From positions 1-57,232 of the forward strand of contig JAFGJY010000012.1 in the NCBI GenBank assembly GCA_016928875.1: a stretch of DNA of 57,232 nt, read 5' to 3'. Below, in pieces: positions 47,212-56,575 of the stretch. The first letter of the stretch is position 1; each line of letters starts with the position of its first letter. Below the pieces are notes generated by a model, which was given only the letters and a program-made list of their open reading frames with translations, had not been told where the DNA came from and made no database searches. This DNA is from Candidatus Omnitrophota bacterium. GTDB lineage: Bacteria; Omnitrophota; Omnitrophia; JAHJGZ01; JAFGJY01. A program made the position numbers and the translations under genes.

Positions 47212-50200
47212 TTACGCGGATGCTTCCTTCGCTGCAAAACTTTTTAAAAGAAAATTAAAAAAGATATACAGCAAGGGAATGACGAATAGGGTAAGAAATG
47301 TGGAGGTGATCAGCCCTCCCATAACGGCGATCGCCATGGGAGCTCGTAACTCTGCACCGTCTCCAAGACCGAGCGCTAACGGCAGCAAACCAAAGATCGA
47401 GGTAAGTGCGCTCATCATGATCGGCCTAAAACGGATAACACTTGCCTTTTCTGCCGCGGTCACTATCCCTTCTCCCGCTTCCCTGAGTATGTTGATGTAT
47501 TCGATCAACACGATCCCATTATTGACAACAATACCGCCAAGCATGATCACGCCGAGCAGCACCACCGCACTTATAGAAGTGTTGGTTATAAAAAGTGCAG
47601 TAACAACACCAATTATCGAAAGTGGTACGGTGAACATAACGATGAAAGGCTGAAATAACGATTCGAATTGCGATGCCATGATCATGTAGATCAATATAAT
47701 AGAGAGGATCAACGCAAACATGAATTTGCGATTAGATTCTTCGACTTCTGCGCTTTCACCAGCCATCTGCACTCTGAAATCGATCAACTCCTTGCCGATC
47801 TTGTCTACCTGTTGTTTGGCATTATCGATCACGTCCTTCTTGCTATACCCTTTTGCGATGTTTGCAAGCACAAGTACTGTACGTTCCTGATCAACACGTT
47901 TTATCTCACTGGGCCCTAACCCTTTTACGATCTTCGATACCTCACGTAATGGAATTACCGTATTAAGCAATGGCGAACGGATCAGCAAATTACCGACGCT
48001 CATAAAATCCTTTCTGTCTTCGGCTTGCAACTGAACTCTGATCTGTGTTTCCTGGCCAGCCTCCTTGAATTTTGTAGCGATCGCTCCGTCGAGCGCCATT
48101 TTTGCCGTAAGCGATATATCACTCACCGATATCGCGTATAACGCGGCTTTTTCTTTGTTGATCAAAACCTTTGTTTCCGGAAATGATTCACTACGGTCAT
48201 CCTCAACGTCAACGACCCCCTTGATCGTACCGAGATTCTCTTTAACTTGATCAACCAAACGGTCCATCATGATCGGGTCGTATCCCTTGACCTGTACGAC
48301 GATCGGTTTTCCTCCCGTAGCCAAGAATTGAAATTCACTCTCTTGCATTATGAATTGAATTTTCACCTTATCGTCTGCTACGCCCGACATCTTTGCGCGT
48401 AACTCGTCAATAACCTCCTGCGAAGATAGTTTGCGATCTTGTTTCAAATTGACCAAGATCTGCCCTTGATGCGGCCCCGTCAATGCCGCGCCCGCCGCGA
48501 CGGTACCTCTTGCAGCTCCGATACTCACGGCTGTGCTTTCGACATCTGGATGCCCCAAAACTATATTTTCGACTTTATCGACCATATAATGGGTCACATC
48601 CAAGACCGTGCCGGTCGGATAATCAACACGAATTATGAATTGTCCTTGATCTATTCTAGGCAAGAGTTCGACCTCCATAAATTGCACAAGAAACATTGAG
48701 GCGAAAAAAACACCTGCCACGATCAATATGATAGTTGTCCCAAGAACCTTTCTCCGTGCCGGCGGTAGATTACTGAAGTGCGTTGCAACATCCTTACGCT
48801 TATCGACCTCTTCGGTCGAAAGTTTCTTCATTTTGATCCCGACCGCAAGGAGGGGAACAAGGGTGACCGCAACGATAAGCGACATTACCAAAGAAAAGAT
48901 AACGGTCCACGAAAGCTCCTTGAATAATTGTCCGGATATCCCCGGTACGAACAATATAAGCGGCAAGAAAACTGCTATCGATGTAAGTGTTGAAGAAAAT
49001 ATAGCTGCAAAAACTTCATTGGTCCCTACTATCGCAGCAGCCTTAGGCCCAATACCCAGTTGCCGATACCTGAATATATTTTCAATAACAACGATCGCGT
49101 TATCGACCATCATCCCAACGCCGAGCGCTAATCCTCCGAGCGTCATCATGTTAATACTCAACCCCAGGCAAAACATTAAGAAAAATGTGCCCATGATCGA
49201 AAGTGGTATTGCGAGTGTAACTATTACGGCCGGGCGCAAATTACGCAGAAAGACCAATAAAATAAGGAATGCCAAAATGCCGCCTTGGACCGCGCTATCG
49301 CGGATCCCCCGGATCGCATTACGGATAAACGTGGAATGATCATAAATCACCTCAACGTTGACGTTCTTCGGTAATTCTTTGGCCCTCAGTTCAGCGATCT
49401 TCGCCAGCACACTCTCCACTACTTTGATGGTATTGTAGCCAGCCTGTTTTTGGATAGAAATCGATACGTTCTCTTTTCCGTTATAACGAGAAATGCTCGT
49501 TCGCTCCTTGATCGTGTCTTTAATGGTAGCTATGTCTTTAAGCAGAACAAGTCGTTTATCAGTCCTCCCCTTCATCTCTTTGACCCTTTGACTATCTGCC
49601 GATTCACGCGGCCCCTCATCTTGTTTCTCGACATATTCCCGGCGCTGCCCTTCCGCCTGAAAACGCGCGACATCATCAATTGAAACGACCACATAATTAA
49701 GTTCATCGACCGTCCTGAACTCGCCGACCGTCCTGATCAAATACTCATATAACCCTTTCTTGATCGTACCTGCCGGATAATTTACGTTCGCCTGAGAGAT
49801 CGAATCCACAACCGAAAGGATAGATGTATTGGCTGCGGAGAGTCGTGCCTGATCGATCTCGACAATGATCTCACGTTCGAGCCCACCACTGATGGATGCG
49901 GATGCGACACCCTCTACCTTCTCAAGATTATCCTTGAGTGCACGCCGTGAGATCTCACGCAATTCCATTAGATCGTTTCCGCCGGTTACGCTAAGTATCA
50001 AAATCGGACGTTCGAGCGGATTGAATTTCACCACAAGAGGGTCATCTGATTCAACCGGCAAACGTTCTTTTATCAGGTCTATCTTCTCTCGTACCGCCAG
50101 TGCCGCAAAATCGATCTTAATGTCCCATTCGAACGCGATCGTTACAACGCTCATGCCTTCACGTGACCGTGAATAAATGTGCTTTAAGCCCGCTACCGAA

Positions 50201-50415
50201 CCGATAGACTCTTCGATTGGGCGCGTGATCAACGTCTCGATCTCTTCTGGTGCAGCGTTTGCATAGTACGTAATGACACTTATTTGCGGGAATGTTATGG
50301 GTGGAAATAACTCCTGAGGAAGTTTCTGCCATGAAATAGATCCAAGCAACAAGATCCCAAGAAAAAACATTATAATAGTGACCGGACGTCGTACTGAAAA
50401 ATCAGGTAAATTCAT
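47212..50415 (-). CDS. RND efflux permease (AcrB/HAE1-like), first of a tandem pair
   Basis: 1067 aa. FSVRRPVTIIMFFLGILLLG N-terminus. Confidence 0.92.
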   Translation of the reverse strand: MNLPDFSVRRPVTIIMFFLGILLLGSISWQKLPQELFPPITFPQISVITYYANAAPEEIETLITRPIEESIGSVAGLKHIYSRSREGMSVVTIAFEWDIKIDFAALAVREKIDLIKERLPVESDDPLVVKFNPLERPILILSVTGGNDLMELREISRRALKDNLEKVEGVASASISGGLEREIIVEIDQARLSAANTSILSVVDSISQANVNYPAGTIKKGLYEYLIRTVGEFRTVDELNYVVVSIDDVARFQAEGQRREYVEKQDEGPRESADSQRVKEMKGRTDKRLVLLKDIATIKDTIKERTSISRYNGKENVSISIQKQAGYNTIKVVESVLAKIAELRAKELPKNVNVEVIYDHSTFIRNAIRGIRDSAVQGGILAFLILLVFLRNLRPAVIVTLAIPLSIMGTFFLMFCLGLSINMMTLGGLALGVGMMVDNAIVVIENIFRYRQLGIGPKAAAIVGTNEVFAAIFSSTLTSIAVFLPLILFVPGISGQLFKELSWTVIFSLVMSLIVAVTLVPLLAVGIKMKKLSTEEVDKRKDVATHFSNLPPARRKVLGTTIILIVAGVFFASMFLVQFMEVELLPRIDQGQFIIRVDYPTGTVLDVTHYMVDKVENIVLGHPDVESTAVSIGAARGTVAAGAALTGPHQGQILVNLKQDRKLSSQEVIDELRAKMSGVADDKVKIQFIMQESEFQFLATGGKPIVVQVKGYDPIMMDRLVDQVKENLGTIKGVVDVEDDRSESFPETKVLINKEKAALYAISVSDISLTAKMALDGAIATKFKEAGQETQIRVQLQAEDRKDFMSVGNLLIRSPLLNTVIPLREVSKIVKGLGPSEIKRVDQERTVLVLANIAKGYSKKDVIDNAKQQVDKIGKELIDFRVQMAGESAEVEESNRKFMFALILSIILIYMIMASQFESLFQPFIVMFTVPLSIIGVVTALFITNTSISAVVLLGVIMLGGIVVNNGIVLIEYINILREAGEGIVTAAEKASVIRFRPIMMSALTSIFGLLPLALGLGDGAELRAPMAIAVMGGLITSTFLTLFVIPLLYIFFNFLLKSFAAKEASA

Positions 50416-50417
50416 GT

Positions 50418-51596
50418 TTATTCAAATTCCAATGTTTGCTTTTCTATGATTTCGACTTTTGTTTCATCTTTTAAATTCGCGATCGAAGTGATCGCTATCG
50501 TCTGTCCAACGTCAACTCCCGATTCTACATGTGAATAATCGGTCCTTGTATAGGCAACTTTGACCTCAACTTTCTTCACGGTATTATTTTCGGGGTTTAG
50601 CACAAACACATACGATTTATCCTCTGCCTCATTAAGGATCGCTTCCGTAGGAACTACCAATGCATCTTTCTGCTTATAAAGGTCAACATTTATACGCGCG
50701 AACATACCTGGCAACAACCTGCCATCTTGATTATCTATTTTTACGGAAACAGTTGCTGTCCTGGAAACTCCGCCAACAACGGGAGCAATGGATTCAACAA
50801 TACCTTTAAATATCTCATTCGGATACGCATCAACAAAGATATTGGCCTCAAGACCTGTCTTGATCTTACCCATATCCCGTTCAATAACACCAAATTCCGC
50901 TTTCACGAATTCCGTAAGGATGTGGGTCCCGATCAACGTATTGGCCGTGATGGTTTCTCCTTCTTCAACATATAACTCACCGATCATGCCGTCGGAAACC
51001 GCATACATATTCGATTTTTCAAGAACTGATTCATTCGCCTGTAATTCGAGCTTCGCCGCTTCAAGATCGTACGATGCTGATTCAAGTTCAAGGCGCACAC
51101 GATCCATGGTCGTTTTGGGGATTGCGCCCATTTTAAAAAGCTTTTCGTGTTCTTCAACTTTTTGTTGTGCAATATCAACTGCGGTTTGTGTCTTATTCAT
51201 CTGTGCCTCGACCCGTTTCATTCGCAGAATGATATCTTCTTCATCAAGGCTCATGAGCATAGCACCTTTTTCGTATTTCTCACCTTCTTTATAGTTCACC
51301 GCCTTGATCGTACCGGGGATAGGAAACGTTAATTTAAACTCCATGCCGCCTTTAATACTGCCAAGTGCATCCAGAACATCAACAAAATCATGGCGTACCA
51401 CGTCCATGACCTTGATCGGGACTTTCTTATCACCGCCCTCTTCCTGTTGTTCCGCGGCTTCCTGTTTAAGCCGTTCTGATTCAGCTTTTTGCTTTCGCGG
51501 CTCAAAAACGAATTTATTCAAAAGTATGAATACGCCGATCGCCACCAGCATTAGGGTTACTAGTTTCCTCAATTTACCGCTTGTTACTTTTGACAT
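50418..51596 (-). CDS. RND periplasmic adaptor (membrane fusion protein, HlyD family)
   Basis: N-terminal TM segment, a coiled-coil hairpin and barrel regions. 2 nt before the RND gene. Confidence 0.88.
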   Translation of the reverse strand: MSKVTSGKLRKLVTLMLVAIGVFILLNKFVFEPRKQKAESERLKQEAAEQQEEGGDKKVPIKVMDVVRHDFVDVLDALGSIKGGMEFKLTFPIPGTIKAVNYKEGEKYEKGAMLMSLDEEDIILRMKRVEAQMNKTQTAVDIAQQKVEEHEKLFKMGAIPKTTMDRVRLELESASYDLEAAKLELQANESVLEKSNMYAVSDGMIGELYVEEGETITANTLIGTHILTEFVKAEFGVIERDMGKIKTGLEANIFVDAYPNEIFKGIVESIAPVVGGVSRTATVSVKIDNQDGRLLPGMFARINVDLYKQKDALVVPTEAILNEAEDKSYVFVLNPENNTVKKVEVKVAYTRTDYSHVESGVDVGQTIAITSIANLKDETKVEIIEKQTLEFE

Positions 51597-51639
51597 ATGT
51601 GCACCTACCTCTTTGTCTCTGTTTTAATAAAAAAGATCT

Positions 51640-53703
51640 TTAACTGACCTCTTTGGGTAATTTTTCAATATCGAAGAAATTACTAACGCCAATTGCTTTA
51701 TTTAAACTCGCGCGTGCGATGAAATAATCGATCATGGCCTGGTACAACGTATTGCGCTCTTCGACCAGGTCGATCTCGGATTGCAAATATTCTGATATTT
51801 GGATCTCATTGATCTCGCTACGATGCTTGGCAAGCTCGACCAACTTTTCACGATATTCAATCTTTTTGAGGATAGATCGCATTTGTATTTTCGCCCTGTT
51901 GTAGTTGTAAAACGATTCTTTCACTTCACTTACCATATCCTTCTCCGAAAGCTGGAATTCAAGGATCGCCTCCTTAGTCGCGATCTCAGCCTCTTTGGTC
52001 GTCGAAAATTGCTCTAGCCCGTCAAGTAATCCTACGGCAAACGTATTGGTGATCGTCCGCGTTCCCTGACTATTGCCTTTATACGCACTTGGACTAGGCG
52101 GTGTTTGGGTATTATCATAGAAGTACCGCGCATTACTGCCAAAAAAATTCCAACTGCATTCTATTCCACCATGATAAAGGTCGTTCCAGCGTCGCGGAGC
52201 AACGTCAGCTTCTTGTGTACGATAATATGAACGATTACGCCCCAGCTCGAAGAACAATGAGACCTGCGGTAACCATTTTCCCTTCTCGACCTTTTCCGCG
52301 TACTTTTTTGCACGGACTTTATTCTCACCGATAACGAACTCAGGCCGGTTCTCATAGGCCATATTGATCAATTCGCTTATCTTTTTCTCATCGATCGTCT
52401 CTGATTTTGCGTGGCCATCGTTGTCTTGTTCCATAAGTTCATCCTTAACGCCCATGAGGTCAAAATAATTATCAAGCAAATACACATCAATGTTCACGTC
52501 AAGGTCGATATTCATCGCTTTCTGTATCTCAAGCATGGCCAACTCGATGTCCTCACGGCCTTGCTGCAGATTGTGGTTAAGCTGACTTTGCTGGGATTGA
52601 ACATTAAGATGTTCTATCTCGGAGATCAAGTTCGCCGCGAATTTCTCTTCACTTAATGATAACGAGTAATTCGATTTCTCAAAAAGGTCTTCTCTATACG
52701 AAAGCATTGTTCTTGCTTTGGACAAATTAAAATATGCTGTTGAGACCTCAAGTGCAAGATCAGCAAATATCTTGTTGTACTCGGCCATCGCGGTCCTAAG
52801 ATTCGCCTCTTCTTCCCGGACCTTGTTCCATAAACTACCGCCCTGGTAGATAGGCTGCCGGACGATCATCTTGACTTCGTCGGTTTCTTCACGCGTATCA
52901 GCTTCTTCTTTTACATTATATTCTTTATCTGAAATGACCCCTGATACTGCCGGGAAAAGATCGCGATAGGCCTTGCGGATCTTTCGCCGGTACATCAAGA
53001 CCTTTTCTTTCGCTATTTCGATCGGCAAATGGTTCTCGGTCGCCTCCATGATGCATAATTTAAGGGTCTTAAAGGTTGGGGCGGCCTTGAGCACCTCATC
53101 ACCTCTGATCTCGATCGTCGGTTGTTCTATTTCTTCACCGATTAAATAATTGACTGTTTTCTCAATTATAGAGTCACGATCGATCGATTCGACTTCTTTC
53201 ATGAAATTATGAAAATCCCAGATCTCATAAGGCGCTTCGTCAATATATGAATCCAAATACGACATCTGATAATCATCATCGTTTATAGCGATATCTTTTG
53301 ATGAAAGAAGTGGTTGTTTTGGTTGCTGACTATATTGTTGCGCGATCGCTGTTTCCATCTCTTGTGCGCGGGCATAGAGCTCTTTGGCCGGCACGACCTG
53401 CTGAAGTGGCTCTTGTGCCGGAGGCGGTTGCACAGGAGCTAAAACGACCGGTTGCGGTGGTGGCACCGACACAGCAGGAGTCGCTTTCGCAACAGGCCTC
53501 GGTACTTCATCCTGCTTTTTCTCTACGGGCTTTGCCGCGCTTTCTTGTGCAGGTGGGGTTTCATCGTACTCTTCTAAGAAATAATCCTCGAAATACTTAT
53601 CGAGATCATCATCGGCTGCATAAAGAGACATGCCGGAGAGCTGACTAATGAAACAAGTGAACGTTGAGATCGTAATATACGTGCGTCGTAGGCCTCGCAT
53701 CAT
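51640..53703 (-). CDS. TolC-family outer-membrane channel with a ~210-aa N-terminal extension
   Basis: The C-terminal ~470 aa show TolC-like repeats (YRDLFPAVSG..., coiled-coil segments). The N-terminus has a signal peptide plus a Pro-rich tract, PPPQPVVLAPVQPPPAQEP. Confidence 0.8.
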   Translation of the reverse strand: MMRGLRRTYITISTFTCFISQLSGMSLYAADDDLDKYFEDYFLEEYDETPPAQESAAKPVEKKQDEVPRPVAKATPAVSVPPPQPVVLAPVQPPPAQEPLQQVVPAKELYARAQEMETAIAQQYSQQPKQPLLSSKDIAINDDDYQMSYLDSYIDEAPYEIWDFHNFMKEVESIDRDSIIEKTVNYLIGEEIEQPTIEIRGDEVLKAAPTFKTLKLCIMEATENHLPIEIAKEKVLMYRRKIRKAYRDLFPAVSGVISDKEYNVKEEADTREETDEVKMIVRQPIYQGGSLWNKVREEEANLRTAMAEYNKIFADLALEVSTAYFNLSKARTMLSYREDLFEKSNYSLSLSEEKFAANLISEIEHLNVQSQQSQLNHNLQQGREDIELAMLEIQKAMNIDLDVNIDVYLLDNYFDLMGVKDELMEQDNDGHAKSETIDEKKISELINMAYENRPEFVIGENKVRAKKYAEKVEKGKWLPQVSLFFELGRNRSYYRTQEADVAPRRWNDLYHGGIECSWNFFGSNARYFYDNTQTPPSPSAYKGNSQGTRTITNTFAVGLLDGLEQFSTTKEAEIATKEAILEFQLSEKDMVSEVKESFYNYNRAKIQMRSILKKIEYREKLVELAKHRSEINEIQISEYLQSEIDLVEERNTLYQAMIDYFIARASLNKAIGVSNFFDIEKLPKEVS

Positions 53704-53706
53704 AGA

Positions 53707-54138
53707 TTATGTTCTTTTCTTCAGGTCCGTTAAAGGAAGCCGATTTCGGTAATGAGAATCCAGTTCATACCAAAACTGGATATCCTCATCCGTATTCATC
53801 CAATTCAAAAAAACAAGTTCTTTGCCGTAAACATGATAAAAATCGACCACACCCTTTTCGATATCACGCAAAACACACCCATATTCGGCGATCTGTTTTA
53901 AGTCGGTCTCAAAAGATACGATCAAATTTTCCAGTGAGGATGCACGCCGAAGATATTCCTGGCCGGATTCGGTCTCAAAATTATTATTGTTCTCATCAAG
54001 CAGTTCCATGGTAAGCAAAGCATCATGCATTTTACTCATAGTGCTTTTTTTCTCGGCAAGTTCGATCAAGAGCGGCTTTAAGGTCGGAACCAGTGCATTG
54101 GCATCCTCGATACTAAAAACTTTATATTTCATAGGCAA
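53707..54138 (-). CDS. DUF2203-family protein
   Basis: FSIEDANALVPTLKPLL and GVVDFYHVYGKELVFLNW...FWYELDSHYRNRLPL match my recollection of the DUF2203 pattern. Confidence 0.6.
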   Translation of the reverse strand: MPMKYKVFSIEDANALVPTLKPLLIELAEKKSTMSKMHDALLTMELLDENNNNFETESGQEYLRRASSLENLIVSFETDLKQIAEYGCVLRDIEKGVVDFYHVYGKELVFLNWMNTDEDIQFWYELDSHYRNRLPLTDLKKRT

Positions 54139-54391
54139 CTCCGTCGCTTATGTATTGATAAAGAACACCGTTCGGTCACAAAAATAGCTTGTGAGCATAA
54201 CGATAGCCTCTTTAGTATATGTAAAGATATATTAGAGATTTATTCTAGATGAGCTATACCTAAATTGCAAACCTTTTCTACCTTCATTATCAAACTTCGG
54301 CATATACATATAAAAAATTTCATAACTTTAATCGAATAGAGTATTTCGAAGAATAGCTAAATATAGGAAGTTACAGATGGCAATGGTATAT

Positions 54392-55396
54392 TTAATTTTT
54401 GCGTAAGGTAGTAAGAAGGGTTTTAAAATGAGTTGGAAGTGCCACAGAAAAATGGACTGATTTTCCTGTAGAAGGATGGATAAATCCGAGGCTCGTAGCA
54501 TGAAGTGCCAAAAACCGTATATGGCTATTGTCCTCTATCCTGCGGCCTTTAAACTTCTTAAGATATATTTTTTCCCCGCAAACCGGATGGCCGATTTCAG
54601 CCAAATGTATCCTGATCTGATGGGTTCTGCCAGTCTCAAGACGGCATTCAACCAAGGTAAAACCAGCTAAATGCTCCAAAGCCTTGACATGGGTAATGGC
54701 TTCTTTGCCTGCTTGTTTTCTAGAACTTCCGCGGAGACCATCACCACGGTCGTGGGCGATCCAGGTACGTATCGTACGCGATGCGAGTTCTCCGATCACA
54801 AGTGCGCGATATGTGCGCTCGATCGTATGCGCACGAAATTGCTTGCCTAATGAAGAGGCCGCTTTATCGGTCCGGGCAAATACTAATAACCCGCTCGTTT
54901 CCTTATCAAGGCGATGTACAGCTTTCACCGGGATGGATGTGCCTGAACGTCGTTTCCTTCCTTCGCGGCGCTCGATGAGCTTGGGCAACAATTGCGCAAG
55001 CGTATCCGGCAAGAACTTTGCCTTAACCCCGTATTCTCGTGTTTCATCCGGATGCCTGATGGTCGTTAAACCTGCCGGTTTATTGACCACAACAACATGA
55101 TCATCAATATATACGATCTCGATAGCACCGCGTGCGCCGTGTGGTCTCTCCTTGCGCGGATCGGTTTGGCCTTGTTGGCTCCGGGCAAGATCGATCGTTA
55201 CGGTTTCTGTACCGTGTAAACGATGATCGTTCTTCATAACATACTTTGAAACAACTTTCACACAACCATCCTGTATCAGGTCCTTGACCTGCGACCACGA
55301 TCTCCCGGGCATCATGTTCTTAAGAAAATGAGAAAGTGTTTTTTCTTTAAATCGAGGCTCGACTGTAAATGTTTCTTTTTTATCTTTTTCCATCAT
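54392..55396 (-). CDS. RluA-family (RluD-like) pseudouridine synthase with S4-like N-domain
   Basis: VHRLDKETSGLLVFAR and GRTHQIRIHLA. Confidence 0.9.
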   Translation of the reverse strand: MMEKDKKETFTVEPRFKEKTLSHFLKNMMPGRSWSQVKDLIQDGCVKVVSKYVMKNDHRLHGTETVTIDLARSQQGQTDPRKERPHGARGAIEIVYIDDHVVVVNKPAGLTTIRHPDETREYGVKAKFLPDTLAQLLPKLIERREGRKRRSGTSIPVKAVHRLDKETSGLLVFARTDKAASSLGKQFRAHTIERTYRALVIGELASRTIRTWIAHDRGDGLRGSSRKQAGKEAITHVKALEHLAGFTLVECRLETGRTHQIRIHLAEIGHPVCGEKIYLKKFKGRRIEDNSHIRFLALHATSLGFIHPSTGKSVHFSVALPTHFKTLLTTLRKN

Positions 55397-55404
55397 CGTA
55401 CCAA

Positions 55405-55431
55405 TAAAAAACGAACGGCCGTGCCGTTCGT
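55405..55431 (-). terminator. Terminator-like hairpin after the thioesterase gene
   Basis: Minus strand reads ACGAACGGC-ACG-GCCGTTCGT followed by TTTTTT. The T-run ends only 8 nt before the next start codon. Confidence 0.55.
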
Positions 55432-55477
55432 CTCCCTGTTTGCCATACCTATTATTGTTGACGTTTCGTCTTCATGA

Positions 55478-55924
55478 TTAATCTATCGTTTTCTCGCTAA
55501 GTTCATACAATGTTACGAGAGCCTTTACCTCCGCCGGTACTTTAACAGTCTGTTTCTTATCATCGATGAAGACATGTGTTGTATACCCCCACGCCAAGAT
55601 CTGATCTTTCTTTTCATTTAAAACCTGATACGAAAATTTCATCGAGAACATTTTGCATTGTGTCACAGCAACCCGGATGAAGATCCTCTCATCATACGAT
55701 GTCGATGTATTATATTTGCAATACGCATCCGCGACCGGAAGATAGATCTTTTGTTTTTCTAATTCTGTATACGGCAATCCCAGGTGCCGGAAAAGTTCGG
55801 AACGGGAAGCTTCGAACCACACGAAATAATTCGCGTAATAACTGAACCCCATGCAATCGGTTTCACCATACCGAACTCGGATCTCACAATCAAAAAAACG
55901 TTTCTCAGTAGCGTTCTCTACCAT
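55478..55924 (-). CDS. Acyl-CoA thioesterase, YbgC/4HBT family
   Basis: FDCEIRVRYGETDCMGFSYYANYFVWFEASRSELFRHLG. Start set at the ATG at 55924 (MVENATEK). Confidence 0.85.
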   Translation of the reverse strand: MVENATEKRFFDCEIRVRYGETDCMGFSYYANYFVWFEASRSELFRHLGLPYTELEKQKIYLPVADAYCKYNTSTSYDERIFIRVAVTQCKMFSMKFSYQVLNEKKDQILAWGYTTHVFIDDKKQTVKVPAEVKALVTLYELSEKTID

Positions 55925-56313
55925 GGTATGTCCCTCATACACAATGCCCCAAGAGCTATTCCAGCACCATCTGCTATAAAATCCAACAGTGACGCCTCGC
56001 GTAATGTAATGAACATTTGATGAAATTCGTCTGAAGCAGCATAAAGAAGTGACAGTACTATGCCCCACAGAACGTAATGTACTGCAAAAGGTCTGTGCGG
56101 TACATTTCGTAAAACGCGAAAAAACAAGAATGGCAAAGGGAAATATTCAAGAAAATGTATCACTTTATCGCTTATAGGTAGCTCAACACCTTGCGTCGGT
56201 TCGGATAGATGCGAAAAATAAAATATCACGCCGAGATACCCGATAAGCGGCATCCAATACCAAATAATATTCTTTAATCCTTGCTTGCCGGACAATTCTT
56301 GCTCTCTTTGCAC
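55918..56313 (-). CDS. VanZ-like membrane protein
   Basis: DKVIHFLEYFPLPFLF and SDEFHQMFI...DFIADGAGIALG. The GTG start at 56313 overlaps the upstream gene by 40 nt; an alternative ATG lies at 56253. Confidence 0.7.
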   Translation of the reverse strand: MQREQELSGKQGLKNIIWYWMPLIGYLGVIFYFSHLSEPTQGVELPISDKVIHFLEYFPLPFLFFRVLRNVPHRPFAVHYVLWGIVLSLLYAASDEFHQMFITLREASLLDFIADGAGIALGALCMRDIPW

Positions 56314-56561
56314 GTTGCACAGCCCCCGGTGTTTCCTGTAGCAGGAGCATCTGCAGCTGCTTTTTGCTTATAGCCTTCACTGCGATAATCCGTTTGATAA
56401 AATCCGGAACCTTTGAAAATTATGCCGGATCCGGAGCCGATAAGGCGTCGCAATTTCAGTTTTGCGCATTGTGGACACTTTTGTAACGGCTGCGCCGTGA
56501 TCGGCTGGAACGCATCGAACGTATGTCCGCACGCTTGACATTCATATGCATATGTTGGCAC
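56274..56561 (-). CDS. FmdB-family zinc-ribbon protein
   Basis: MPTYAYECQACGHTF...KCPQCA. Confidence 0.85.
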   Translation of the reverse strand: MPTYAYECQACGHTFDAFQPITAQPLQKCPQCAKLKLRRLIGSGSGIIFKGSGFYQTDYRSEGYKQKAAADAPATGNTGGCATCKESKNCPASKD

Positions 56562-56575
56562 GTATATATCCTCCG

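Noticed and set aside
55925-56068. 48-aa N-terminal extension of the thioesterase ORF
   Set aside because: It overlaps the VanZ-like gene. The conserved 4HBT fold begins right after the ATG at 55924.
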